The notes under the pieces: generated by a model
Database searches by the model: none
Told to the model about the DNA's origin: nothing
What the model saw: the letters and a program-made list of their open reading frames with translations, nothing else
Source of the DNA: Octopus sinensis
Lineage: Eukaryota
Assembly (NCBI RefSeq): GCF_006345805.1
Contig: NC_043011.1
Coordinates: 2,790,001-2,854,000, forward strand
Direction: 5' to 3'
Length of the DNA stretch: 64,000 nucleotides
Translations under genes and position numbers: made by a program
Shown here: positions 25,263 through 39,070 of the stretch, in pieces
Layout of the letters: every line of letters begins with the position of its first letter
How positions within the stretch are numbered: the stretch's first letter is position 1

Positions 25263-26713
25263 TACACACACACATATATATATACACATACATACAAGGT
25301 GTGTCCAAAGAGTATCCAACTTCATTTTCTCCTGCCAAAACTAATGTTGCATGGGCAAAATCTTTTGGCTGGGAGGTGAGGCCATCCTCCCTGTGCATGC
25401 ATGAACATTTTCATGCTGGTAAGTTGCATCAGTCCTTGGCTGTTATGCCTAGTGTACAGATGTGTACTGCAGGGTTGTCAGATTTTCATTTTCAGGCAAG
25501 ATGATCCTATACATCGAATAGAGATCAAAAACCCATGTTTCATCACCACTGATGATGGTCACGAAGTCTGGATCATGGTTTGCACAGTCCAACATGTTCT
25601 GAGTGATTTCCATGCTGAGTTGCTCCTGCTGCTCTACCAGCACTTTGGGACCGAATTTTGCTGACACTCTCCTCATGCACACATCTTCCATTGAAATGGA
25701 ATGCACTGACTCCGTGCTTATTTCCACTTCTTGAGCAATTTCCTGGGTTGCTACTCGATAATCTTCATGACCATTTGCCAAACCTTTTGAATTTGCTTCC
25801 CGTTTTGGCTTGTAGAATTCCTGCCTGAGCATGCCTCGTTCTCTACTGTGGTTCAGCTATGTTTGAAGGGGTTGTACCACTCCTTGATCTGAGTTTTGTT
25901 CTTGACACCATCATTGAAGGCTGGAATATTTTGGATGGTTTAAGCTTTTGGCAAAACTTGATGCAATATCTCTGCTTGATGCCTTCTGTGAAAACGAATA
26001 TCCAATGAGCATGCACTACATGTCTGTATGTTGGGCATAACAGCCAGAAACTAACAATAAACAACACCTTAATAGATAAACCCAAGACTAAAGGAGTGAC
26101 ATCCTCCTCTTTTGTTAGAAGTAGAGATAATTGGGTCCCTGGAGTCAATCATTCCTTCCCCCTCTACTAACCTCTAATTTTTCTGTCCTCATTAAATATA
26201 CACTATTCTGTTAAAACCATTCTGTCAACTGAAATAGTAGCAAAATCACTGAAAATGTTTTGCTCCATGGATTTTAAACTATGTTAAATCATTTTGCGTG
26301 TCCTTAATTTTAATGTTCATGAATTCATCTGATGAAAACGGTTTCTTTATAATGATGTAACATTTTCATTAATCAATTAAAGGAGTCATTTGAAATGGCT
26401 GTAACAGATTGACATCTGTACCTCTGCTATTACCCATTTATATTTCATTCACCTGTCTTGGAATCTGCCCTTTGTAAACATGATAGACTGTATATTTAAT
26501 ATAATGTACATGTCTGATTAGCTCAAGAGCGGATTTCTTCACTCAGCTGAGTCTAATTGTCTACATACACTGCAGGAATATTGACATGTCATAAAAAAAA
26601 ACAACATGTAACACCAACACAAATTTCCTTGATTCTTCCTCTCTGAAGATGGAATAGTTGGCTTTTACATGGAAATCTTTACACATTCAGATATGCAGAA
26701 TATGCACAGCTAC
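24891..26713 (+). repeat. Local direct duplication of about 121 bp (24891-25011 and 26592-26713)
   Basis: aacaacatgtaacaccaacacaaat...ctgaagatggaatagttggc...gcacagctac present twice with a few substitutions. Confidence 0.85.
25295..26060 (-). mobile_element. Internally deleted mariner remnant
   Basis: KQRYCIKFCQKL, MRRVSAKFGPKVL, DPDFVTIISGDETWVF; TIR-like tacaaggtgtgtccaaag at 25293. Confidence 0.85.
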
Positions 26714-26958
26714 TTCTTTCCACAAGGCCTTAGAGTTAACTCTGCCACCTACACTGAGGTCCTGGAAATAATTAAGGCCTGAATAGACAGTGTATGCAAT
26801 GGAAGGCCATATGTGTTTCAGTAAGACTATGTACTATCTCACATGGCTCTAGCAACACAGGAATTGATGGCTGAGATTTTTCATGATCACATAATCCTAA
26901 CATTTGGCCTCCTAATTCCCCAAATTTCAATCCATTGGACTATTACATGTGAAGCATT

Positions 26959-27011
<53 letters not shown>

Positions 27012-27279
27012 GTTTATGAACACACGCATAACAGCAAAGATTCTTTGAATGCTACCATAGTCACAAAATGAACCAGGACCACTCGATTCAGCATGTAGAT
27101 GATTTAGATCTCATATAGAAGCAGTTGTTGAAGCTGAAAGTGGCTTTATTAAAGCCACTTATTAAAGAAAAGAAGGTTTATTTTTATCCTCATAGCATTT
27201 TTTGATAAATAGAGTTATCTGTTACATATCTGTCTTTCTTATAAACATAAACCTGTCCTCAAATATACTATGCACCCTG
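26711..27279 (+). mobile_element. 3' half of a maT/DD37D element ending in TIR ...tgcaccctg(ta)
   Basis: FFPQGLRVNSATYTEVLE, GRPYVFQ, WPPNSPNFNPLDYYM; interrupted by (GA)n. Confidence 0.8.
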
Positions 27280-27325
27280 TATATATATATATATATACAC
27301 ACGCACACACAAACACACACACATG

Positions 27326-27366
<41 letters not shown>

Positions 27367-27633
27367 TATATATATATATATATACAGGGTGCATAATATA
27401 TTTGAGGACAGGTTTACATTTATAAGAAAGACAGATATGTAACAGATAACTCTATTTATCAAAAAATGGTATGAGGATATATATATATATATATATATAT
27501 TTATATTGTCAATTCAGTAACACATAGAGAAAAAGAATCACCAACAATTATGTGTAGTTATATTTCTGAAGTGACACACACACACACACACACAGACATG
27601 TATGCATGTATGTAGGTACATTTGTATTATATA

Positions 27634-27698
<65 letters not shown>

Positions 27699-27717
27699 AT
27701 GTATGTATATATGTATG

Positions 27718-27751
<34 letters not shown>

Positions 27752-28279
27752 GTGTGTGTGTGTGTGTGTATGTATATATATATATTCAAATATATGTATA
27801 CCTGTGTATGTATATGTATAGCCGTGTAAACTATTACATGGTAGATAACTTAATTGCTGGCTATCTATTCTAAATTGTTTCTTTACTTTTCATCTTGTTT
27901 TGTATTTTTTCATTCTATGTAAGAGTGGACTTGCATTATATATTTTCGCATTTTCTTTATGAAAAATAGTCTCTGAAAATGTGTTTCTTACATCTTATGT
28001 AATAGTGTGATGATGTGGAAATTATTCAAACAATTGCACGAAAGAAAACAGAAAACTCCATCATATTTCACTTATGGTGTTTTCTGTTCTTATTTCTTAT
28101 ATATTTTTATGGTGTGTTGTTGGCTATGTTCAGAATAGCTGCTACAATATACATGGATATGCATTCACACATGTGGAATTGGTATTTTAACATGCATACT
28201 AAGTACTTCATAATGGGTTGGTTGTGCACTCACACACACATAGCATGAATGTATATATATATATATATATATATAGTTC

Positions 28280-28660
28280 AATTTGAAAACTCCACCAGAA
28301 TGGACGAAAGCGCAAATATACGATATATGATATAAGTTATATGATGTATAAAAACATGTAATATACAAATAAATATCTGTAAATATAAAACCATCCGAAT
28401 TTCTGAGTACCTCATTTCTTCTAATATAAAATACCTGTACATCATCTCCAAACCTTCTAATATATATCCTTCGAAACGTTTAGTAGATGAAACCTTAGCG
28501 ACTGAAGAAGGGGATTTTTCGTTGTGCTTATTGTCCTGTATCTCCCTTTTTTTTGCTTGTCTTGTTCCTTGGTTTGTGTCTATGTGTTTCGTCTCTCTAT
28601 GTGTTCGACGTCTTCTTGGTGTCCTGTACTCATATATGTGTGTATATGTACATGTAGAGG
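28280..28660 (+). mobile_element. Possible Penelope-like terminal repeat fragment
   Basis: Contains tccttcGAAACGTT and CTGAAGAagggga motifs typical of PLE pLTR hammerheads. Confidence 0.35.
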
Positions 28661-28730
28661 TAGGTACGTACATATATGTTTATATATATGCATATGTTCT
28701 ATTTTATTAACATATATATATATATATATC

Positions 28731-29097
28731 TCTATATATAAACGGCAGTTTGTCTGTGCGTGTTTCTGTGTGTCTGTTTGCTTGTACCCTCACCCTGACC
28801 ATGGCTTTCAACCGATTCTGATGAAACTTGACACACACATAGCCCAATGTCATAATTCAAAACTAACGCAGCGAAAATTTTGAAAAGTTCCCCCAGTTCT
28901 GAAAAATATCGATAAAATCGACATGGGGTCGAGAATCAGAAACAAACCACAGACTGTCTAGGGGACGCAACTCAACCTTTTTTAACTCAAAAAAAAATTT
29001 ACCATAATTTTTTTGCTATTTTTTGGCTATAACTCTCTAAAAATGCTTTATAGTTATTTCCCTTACAAACCTGAGCAACGCCGGGCGATACTGCTAG
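28731..29097 (+). mobile_element. Non-autonomous Helitron, copy 1
   Basis: 5' TC start tctatatataaacggcag, (GTCT)-like repeat, 3' hairpin gagcaacgccggg followed by CTAG-t. Confidence 0.75.
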
Positions 29098-29884
29098 TTA
29101 TATATAAACGGCAGTTTGTCTGTCTGTGTGTCTGTCAGGTTGTACCCTCACCCTGACCACGGCTTTCAACCGATTCTGATGAAACTTGACACACACATAG
29201 CCCAATGTCATAATTCTAAACTAACGCAGAGAAAATTTTGAAAAGTTCCCCCAGTTCTGAAAAGAAATCGATAAATTCGACATAGGTCGAGAATCTACGC
29301 TTTTTATATGCAACACATTTTCTACAGACTGTCTAGGGGACGCAACTCGACCTTTTTAACTCTCGGAACACGTGGGGTTAGTATCCCAAAATGTATAAAA
29401 ATGTACAAAAACGGCAAAAAAGCGGGCAGCAATGTGAGTGACAACAACGAAAAAGTCAAAAGTGACCAAACTGAACAAACGAATGGAAAAGGTTTTTTTG
29501 GTGCACACGACAAAAGCGGTTTATAATAAACCAAGAGTTTGCAAGTAGCGTCCGAGGACCCTTAGGGTACGTAAAAAATTTAAGGTAAAACGTTTGGGGT
29601 GGTAGTTATAAAGAAAGTGTAAACAAAAAAAGTATTCGAATAACTTGCGGCTGCAGCAGCTATTAGCAGAAGTTGGGGGTAAAGTCTCGAATGTAATTTC
29701 TTCCTGGTAGGAATTGGTTGGGTTGAACTATCGATAGCTGTTTGATAGTTATTTGGGAGTGAAGAGAAGACATTGCAACCTACACATGCGCCTTCGTTCC
29801 CTAGAGGGAAAGGACTAGATTGGGAATAGTCGTTGCCTACTAGGGGCTCTTACATACACGGGCAACGCCGGGCTATGCTGCTAG
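29098..29884 (+). mobile_element. Non-autonomous Helitron, copy 2, head-to-tail with copy 1, with a different and longer 3' interior
   Basis: First about 250 bp match copy 1; ends cacgggcaacgccggg...gCTAG-t. Confidence 0.75.
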
Positions 29885-30567
29885 TATATATATATAAGCA
29901 AAATATTCAAAAACTGAGATTTGAAATCAGATGTCACTACTATATTATCTGTGGATAAATTTTAAAATTAATGATATCACCAGCAATGACATAGGTCGGT
30001 CGCAGGTGTAATACCATTAAGTAGCTATGAATTATAAATTTGTACGAAGTGTAAGGATGCTTAACAAGCATCCACCTGCTAGAAATAAGAGCTAAAGTCT
30101 TAAATTTATCCACCGTACTGCACCAAGATAACAGAGAAAAACAGAAAGGATTAAAACATTTAACAGCACAAATAAAAATATTATGCAATTAAGGATATCC
30201 ACAAATCAGGTTTTGGCTTCTGAGTATATAAACCCTGAGCCTCATCAGTGTGATCTACCGGGTCATAATCCATAACTGTCACGTTAAACCCTGTGCAACT
30301 GGTTTTGTTTTGTGCCAAAAACAGAGCACATGGTGCATAAAATTTTATAAGCAAAACATTCTAACACTGAGATTACACACATATATATATATTTAATAGA
30401 TATATAAGTATAAGGGGGTGTGCTTCTGTATGTGTATGTTACTGTCTGCTTGCCTTGACGTCATGTGATAGTTGTATACAAGTGTCACAGCAATGCAAGC
30501 AGTGCCCTTTTTCCCCACTTTCTGTGAAAACATAACTAGTCATGGGGGAAGCAGGTGAAGGTTGGTG

Positions 30568-30790
30568 AGCTGGCTGAAACGTTAGCACGCCGGGTGAAAT
30601 GCTTTGCGGCATTTCGTCTGCAGCTACGTTCTGAGTTCAAATTCCACCGAGGTCGACTTTGCCTTTCATCCTTTCGGGGTTGATTAAATAAGTACCAGTT
30701 ACACACTGGAATCGATATAATGGACTTAATCCGTTTGTCTGTCCTTGTTTGTCTTCTCTGTGTTTAGTCCCTTGTGGGTAGTAAAGAAAT
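30568..30790 (+). mobile_element. SINE family B, tail-1 type
   Basis: TSD aggtgaaggttggtg at 30553-30567 and 30791-30805. Confidence 0.9.
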
Positions 30791-30902
30791 AGGTGAAGGT
30801 TGGTGGGAAAATGTGTATCCAGCCAGAGAAAATCCATCTCAATAAATTCTGTCTAATCCATGCTTGCATAGGCCCAATGTTAAACAATGAGGCAATAATT
30901 TT

Positions 30903-31020
30903 TTTCTACTCTAGGCACAAGGCCCGAAATTTTGGGGGAGGTGGCCAGTAGATTAGATCGACCTTAGTATGCAACTGGTACTTAATTTATCGACCCCAAA
31001 AGGATAAAAGGCAAAGTCTA
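30903..31020 (-). mobile_element. SINE family B, tail-2 type, 5'-truncated
   Basis: Core ctttgcct/tttatcc...gtcgataaattaagtaccagttg followed by ...cccccaaaatttcgggccttgtgcctagagtaga. Confidence 0.7.
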
Positions 31021-31590
31021 TATTCCATGGTAATTTTTGAATGTCTAGTTCAACTTCCCACATTTTAAATCCTCCTTTGAATTTTGTAACTATTTCCCTC
31101 TGCTTCTTGTCCAACAACAGGCAGCAATGCCACCCTTGTACATTGTCGGACTTGCGAGTGTCCACCACTCTTATATTTTTCCACCTTTTTATTTCTTCAC
31201 CCAGGTCCTTATTCATATCGTCATAACATAACAGCAAAGTTAATTCTTTTCTTTTGGTGGGAAGTGGGGAGGTTGAACGGCTTGTGTCTGACTGTATTTG
31301 TTTTTGTGTTGGAGGGGGGCGGGTAGGAGGAAGAGGGTCAGTGGGTGTTGGGTGGGGTGGGGTGGGGTTCTGTATTTATTTTACCTGGTTTCCTCCTTTT
31401 TCTTTTCCTTTTCTTGCCTGGTGTCACGCATTCGCCTTCTGTTCCGCTTTCCTCTTCTTCTGTTTCTGCTGGTGGTGTTATTTTTTCCTTTTCCCTTGCC
31501 AGTTCTTCCTTTCTCTTTTTGTCTTGTAGAAGGCAGTTTGCTCTAATGTGGCTATTCTGGCATTGCAAATAGAGATGGTACAGAAACAAT
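31021..31590 (-). mobile_element. Possible retroelement ORF1/gag-like remnant
   Basis: Degenerate zinc knuckle (CQNSHIRANC) followed by a K/E-rich tract; adjacent fragment NIRVVDTRKSDNVQGW...ELDIQKLPWN. Confidence 0.3.
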
Positions 31591-31815
31591 TGTAACTTAT
31601 AATTAAAGATGTGTTAAAGAATTTTCTTTGTCTTCTTCTTTTCATTGGATTACTTACTCTTTTCCAAACTCATTTTACGGCATAACCACCATGAAACTTG
31701 GATTTTCTACACATGAAGAATTCCAGCTTTGGCCTGAAACCTGACAGCATTGATAGCCCAGTATTCAGGTTAAGTGCTTCCCTAGAAATACCTCAACTTC
31801 ACACCTCACCTGACC

Positions 31816-31852
<37 letters not shown>

Positions 31853-34800
31853 GTTCATCTCCTGTGTTCCTGCCTTTAGACCTTCACTTCATACACACCA
31901 GCTCAATTTGATTCGTTCTGTGTTGAAAGACACTTGTTATTTCTTGCTGTTTGTAATTGTAATTGTGTACCATATTGTCCGTTTTTTGTTTGATTTTTGT
32001 CTTTGTTGCTGTACATATTCACTAGCTTTCTTACAAAGGGCCTAATGCTTGGAGTTTGGGGGCAACCAGCTCGAACCATCTCAAGTGTAACTGCCCGAAA
32101 TATTCATGACTTTGGGGCTAGACTGAGGAAAGAAAGCCACGAATGACCTGTCTTTTTTTGCCTGTCCTTCTAATTGTTGTTTCTGTTGTCTGTCTTTGTA
32201 TCATCTATCCGTCCTGTTTTAATGTCCTCTACTTCATTTCTGTTCCATTTATATATTCATATATATGTATATATATATATATATATATATAAATAATATA
32301 ATATAATATAATATGATACAATACGATACGATACGATACGATACGATACGATACGATACGATATAATATAATATAATATATAATATACACACACTAACAC
32401 ACACAAATCTGAAAGACAGATGGAACAAGAAATAGTGATTTAAACAAGAGAAAGATCTTCCAATCAAAATATATTTACAGAGTATTTATTAGTTCTGTGT
32501 ATAAGGACAATTGAATGAAAGTGTATATGTTATGGTATTTAAAATCATTTCAGTTTTATTGAGAAAAAGTTTCTTGAACTTTAACTTAATGCATAAACAG
32601 CAATATTTGTTATTTCTTCATGTAAATGTTTGTATTGAATGTGAATTTTTGATTAGTGCTTTGTTTATCTATGTTGTGCTTTTAATTCACTTTAATTACA
32701 GTATCAATTAGCTTCTAATTAAAGCTATATGCACATTTAGAATCATTATGGTATTTTTGATGAACTTGTTTGATTAAATTTGTTGCATTTTTCCGTTTCC
32801 TGCAAAAATCAGTTATTTTTTGTTATTTTTGTAATTGTTTTGCCAAAAATCAATTGAATCTTATTCAAGAGATAGAAAAAAATGATAATTTAAGATTTAC
32901 ATTAGTAATATTCAGCAAAGAAATTATTTTTATTTATGTCCTCATAACTGTTGTCATTATAATTTTTTTTTACTTGTGATGATTTAAAACTAAATCCTCA
33001 CAAATTGTTTTCGTTTTCTTACTGCTTGAATATATTTGAATAAAGAAAAAAATATTGAATATATCTTGTTTTATTCAATTGTGTGTTGTTCCAACTGGAT
33101 GTAGTATGCTGCTGTATTTGTTCAAGGCTTATAATTTGCATTTCTCTCTCAACTTGACTCCCTTGGGCATTATATTCTATTTTCATGTTATCAATTTTGC
33201 ATTTTGTTCTGTTTCCTTTTATCGATATTTTTTATTATTTATGGTTTTCCAAGGCATTTTTGTCATGTTTATTTTTTAAAAGATTCTTTTATGCAAAGCA
33301 TTTTGAAAAAGGTTTGCTTTGAATTTCATAGAAATTTCTTACCTCTTTTGAAACAATGAAAAATTCCTAGAGAAATGTGAAAACATCATGGCTATAATAA
33401 GCTTAAAACTTTTCAGTCTATTAATGACAAGCAAAGTAATTGGTAAAAGCTCGTGTTTGTTTAATTGCCCCTTTCATGTTTTAAGATCAAATCCTTCTTA
33501 GATTGATTAAATACACATCAGTCGTATACTGACTGAAACAAGTCAGTTTTTGAATTCAACAAATTTGGAGCAGCCAAGATATAACTGTACCAACGAACAT
33601 TCTCGTTGTCAACTATTCTCAGTTCACTTTATTCAAATTGGAGCAACTCATATTTAGAGTCAACATAAAATATTTGAGCTCAATTATTCCTCAAATAAAA
33701 TTATATTATCGGTCAAAAATTCTATCAGACATAATATGCAAATTGAGATGCACATCATCAGAATTTTAGTGTTTTTATGACTCTGAGAATAGATGAATAC
33801 CATCGTATCTCCCTCGACCCAGTCTTGCAGAAAATCAATCAGCTCATCAACAAACTCTGCTCTAGTAAATTTGTAGCTACTGATTATCAGTGTTTTATCA
33901 CTTATCAAAGAGCATATTCATTATTGTTATTATTTATTTGTGATCTGTATTAAATGAACAGAATCAAAAGCATTTCATCTGTGATTATCTTTTTTTTTTT
34001 TTTACCTCAAACTACATTATCCAGTCATTGCTTCATTTTTTAAAGATGGCAGTACATGATTTCAGAGGCATTTCTTTGTTATTTCTAGCAGAAGAGTATA
34101 GGTTTCCTTGTAGTTTCAAAAGAGAAGCATCATGAATAATAACTTGTAACATCAGTTTAATATTTAGTTTATTATGACCCTTCTGAAATGTACTGTGGGA
34201 ATATTTTCTATACTGTTAGGTAAGATTGTAGGGTAGATGTTACAAAACATGAGGTGAACAGCTATGAGATGGTTGATTGAAACAAATTAGAGGGTTACTA
34301 CCTTGAACTACAACCCAAAATTATATAGTATTACAAGACAGCCACCACTGCAATGGACTGGTCTTCTGAACTTCCCAGTATTATCTTGCCTGCACTCAAA
34401 CCAAAGCATATTTTGGTTTCAGTGTTCAACTGACTTTGTAGTGTACTATCTAGTAATACCCCATATTGCTAAGAACAGTTCCACCTTAGCAAATGAATCC
34501 TTTTCTTTCAGTTGCTCTAGAATTTTAAAACAAAAGTAACATTTAAACCTGAACAATTGATCTTTAGGTGGTGAATTGGCAGAACCAAAAGAGTGTTGGA
34601 CATGGCTGTGGTATTTAATTATGGCCATTTATATTCTAAGTGCCAATCCATCAGGCTCATCCATGTAGATATTCACAGTGAACATCATGTGTATCAATCA
34701 CTCCTGAGCATTTACATTCCTCTGCATAAAAGAAAATTATAATCACACAATTTGTTGGAGCAGCAAGTATTTAATAACAGGCTAATTTAGCTCCACATTA

Positions 34801-35531
34801 TTTAGAACTTCATTGGTACAGAATGCATCCACATCCCCAGATGTACAAAGTCTGAATAAAGTAAACTGTGGGTACAGTCTATACCTGTGAACTTTAATTA
34901 ATATGGGGCTGAGTTAACCTGTTATAAACATACAAACATACATGCATACACACACACATACATACATACATACATACACACACACATACATACATACATA
35001 CATACATACATACATACATACATACATACATACATACGTACATGCATGCATACATACATACATATATACATGCATGTATATGCACACACATACATACATA
35101 TATACATGCATGTATATGCACACACTCAATCATAAACACACACACACATGGAAATTGTTTCTAATATACATACAAGATAGGTATTAGATAGGAATTGTTA
35201 GATAATGAAATTGAGTTCAGTACTTTACAGGCATTTTATGTTACTGACCCCCAATGATAAAAAAAATCTGATCATGTTGAGATTTGGATTCAGAACGTAA
35301 AGTCCCACAATCAATACTGCAATGAATTTTCTCCAACTTTCTAATGGTGCAGCCAATCTATCACCCTGGATTGTCTCTAAGATGGTGCAATGACAAAAAT
35401 TTGGTGGGATGAGATGATTGTATTTACCCAGTTTTTAACTGGTACTTTATTTTATCAACTCTACAAGGATGCAAAGTGAAGAATTCTTCCTTGAGGATTT
35501 CACCTCAGAATGTAAAGAGATAGAACAGATA

Positions 35532-36396
35532 CAAAAAGGTACCCAAAAGAAGCCAGAAATATGCAATATTATTTTATTGACTTTTATTACCTTCAAAGTA
35601 TTCTCCATTTGAAGCATACATTGATCCAGGTGATTTTCCACTATTTGAAGCAGTTCTGGAACTCTTGTGAAGTGATGCTTTTTAATGCCTTCATTGTTTT
35701 TTCTTCACCTCTTCTACATCTGTAAATTCCATAGCAGCAGCTAGTGATGAACTTCGAAACATGGTCTAGATCAATTTCGAACTGTTCTTTCAGTTCATGA
35801 CATGCATTCAGTTATGGCTGCTTTTGATGAGGCACAAAATTTTGCTGCAACTCTTTTCACTCGCACTTTCTCACTCAAAATTCGTTGGCAGGAGCTCCAG
35901 AACACATCAGTCATATCAACAAGTTCGTCAGTTGTTCGGTGACTGTCCTCTAAGATGAGTTCATGAGTTTCCATTTTTTCATTCATTTGGAAGGTTGGTG
36001 GTCATCCTGAACAAGATTGGTCTTCAACCAACAAGCGACCATTCCTTAAAGCATGGAAACCTCTCGTAAACTTGTGTTTTGCTCATGGCAGCGTCCTTGT
36101 AAGCAGTTTTGCCTGCCATTTTCTCCAGCAGAAAACAGAATTTCATGGAAGAACTCTGTTCCTTTGTTTCAGTCATTGCAAAAATCATCGAACAGAGCAG
36201 AAGCACAACAAAACAAAGACACGTCACATGGCACTATGACTCCACCCGATGGCGTTGGTCAGCCAACTGATACCTGAGGGTTGCATGGTGCTGGTCAGCC
36301 GACTGATGCTTCAGGGTCACATCTAGCAGTGGAAGCCTGAACTACTGTGGGTTTACCCCACAGAGAACGTTTCCTGTTTCTTTTGGGTACCCTTCA
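35532..36396 (-). mobile_element. Internally deleted mariner with both TIRs (865 bp)
   Basis: TIR core ggtacccaaaagaa at both ends with TA flanks; EQSSSMKFCFLLEK...AYKDAAMSKTQVYE; RILSEKVRVKRVAAKF. Confidence 0.85.
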
Positions 36397-37379
36397 TATT
36401 GCAAGGAATCATATCCAATGTCCAAATGGTTCTACTCTTCTAGCAGGACCTTTGGAAAGATTGCATTTCATACATTTTCCATTTTTATATCGATGCTTGA
36501 AGTTCATAACAGTATTTGTTATATTGAAGGTTTTTATTACAATAAGCTAAAGATAGATTGAAGCTATTGCAAAATGAGGGTTTAGATTGCTTCTATTGTT
36601 ACAACATAATAAGGTCCAGTCTATGGCATGGTTCATCTCACAGCTGAGACTGGCTGTTTCTTACAAAATGTTTTCCTGATCTGTAAATGCCACTGAAGCC
36701 ACCTCTTTATGCAAGACTACGATAATATAGAACAATCACCTTATTTTGAATATAATTTCTTTGACATGTTACATATCATTGTGCCATCCAAGCTCACTAT
36801 TTCGAATGAGATGTCAAAATGATTAGGAAATTCTAGTTGGTATAGCATGATTTAGATGAATGACGTCTATATTTTCTGGAAAGGCTCCACATTCACCAAT
36901 AAACACCGTGGAAATTACATTATATGCAGGAAAATTATAGCATTAGATGTCAGAGCCTTGTCTTAAGTGCAGGTTATGTTTACAGGGAACTGTATTTCCT
37001 CTGAATACTAATGACTGTTCTGACATTTCTACTAAATGTATATTTTTAAATAGTTCAGTATATTAGTTATGGAAGAAGTCATAATTTCTTGTGTTGTGTT
37101 CATTATATTAGACAAAAATGTAGAACTGAGAATTGTTTCAACCCAATATCATTAAACTTCATTAGCATCAATAATCTAAAGTTAGCTACATGCTAGGAGA
37201 CTATTTTCTGTATACAGAGACGATTCAAAGCAATAAAACCACTTTCTTTGGGTGCACCAACCTTTGAACTAAATGAAGCAAAATAAAAAAACAAAAAAAA
37301 AACTGCACAATCATATTTTTAGATTTTTTTCTTGAAATTATTAGCTTTCTCAATATTTTCTTCAGCAAGTAATTTCAGT

Positions 37380-37560
37380 TCTTTTGTAGGTCCATTTGTA
37401 AATCCTGAAGTGTAATGTTGAGGACAATAATGATGTCCATTTCTTTGATAATGTATGGTCTGACTTCAACTGGTTTCACTGCTGTTGTATCATAGGAGCA
37501 CCAAATCATCTCAGTTTTTTTTTCCTGTTGTTTGAACATTGCTTGTCCCTTGATCACGTC
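37380..37560 (-). mobile_element. Possible LINE endonuclease remnant
   Basis: MFKQQEKKTEMIW...RPYII resembles the APE FxKxxxxxxTW...IDYI region, weakly. Confidence 0.3.
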
Positions 37561-38665
37561 TACTTGCCATAGTCAGTTCTTTCCTCAAGATTATCCTATT
37601 CTGTCCACTGCGCTTCATTCATATTATTTCATCATACTTATCTCCGGCTCTATACTGTTGCACATTACCAGTCCACTGTTCACTATCTATGTTCTTGTAT
37701 TGTATTCATTGGCTTTCTCTTTGATACCATAGTCCACCAGCACAATTATGCTCAATAATGTTGCTTCCCATTGTCTGTTGGTTTTACTTAAACTATCTCT
37801 TATTTCCTGTCTTTATTGTTCAAATTATGACCTTTGCACGTATTCTCTCATTTATTCTCTTGTTGCTTTATTATTGTTAAAATGTTAAGTGGAAATAAAA
37901 TTTATAGTGTAAAAATTTGACTTCACTTATGTAGGATTTGAACAATTATTGTAAGTTATTTGATACTTTTATCCCTTCTGTCAAAAAAAAAAGAAACAAT
38001 AAATAAAACTTCTGCTTTCTACGTAGGATGAGAAACCACTTTCAATATTTACCTTACAAAAGAGGTTTTCTTTTTTGTTGCAAACAAAAACGTTTCCTAT
38101 TTTGATTTTATTGCAATGACATTTTGATCCCCCCTTTGAAGTATAACATATAACCACGTGCTGAAGCAAGACAGGATAATACTATAGATAAGAATGTTTT
38201 CTAACCAAGTCAAAGAGTCAGAAATTTTAGGAGATGGAACATTCAATTACTTCAACATCGGTACTTGGCAAGTGTATATTTTACCAGTCCTGGAGGAATG
38301 AAAGGCAAAGTCAACTTCAGTGGTATTTGGACTCAAAAAATAAAGGGCCTTGATTATATACAACTAGACATCTTGCTCCACACTCTAATGATTCTGCCCA
38401 AAAACAGTACTTAAAATTGCAATTTACTGTTTTCTTTAAGTGTGCATGTATGTGAGTGTATGTGTGTATATGTATGTGTCTGAGTGTCTATCTATAAAAT
38501 GCTTAACCAAATTAATGACATCATTGCAATTGATTTGGTGGGGTAGTGGGAGTCATCTAGCTGGCAACACCCAAGTCACTGCATATACAGGCAGCATTAG
38601 TGAAAGGATATACACACAGTGAAAATGAGAGAATATACATTCAGTATTTGGTGGACACGCATATA

Positions 38666-39070
38666 CTCTCTTTTCTTTTACTTGTTTCAGTCATTTGACT
38701 GCGGCCGTGCTGGGGCACCACCTTTAATCGAGCAACTCGACCCCGGGACTTATTCTTTTGTAAGCCCAGTACTTATTCTATTGGTCTCTTTTGCTGAACC
38801 GCTAAGTAACGGGGACATAAACACACCAGCATCGGTTGTCAAGCAATGCTAGGGGGACAAACACAGACACACAAACAAACACACATACATATATATATAT
38901 ATACATATATACGAGAGGCTTCTTTCAGTTTCCATCTACCAAATCCACTCACAAGGTATTGGTCGGCCCGGGGCTATAGCAGAAGACACTTGTCCAAGAT
39001 GCCACGCAGTGGGACTGAACCCGGAACCATGTGGTTGGTTAGCTACTTACCACACAGCCACTCCTGCGCC
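38666..39070 (-). mobile_element. SINE family A, full length
   Basis: Reverse complement of the 2141-2523 element. Confidence 0.9.
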
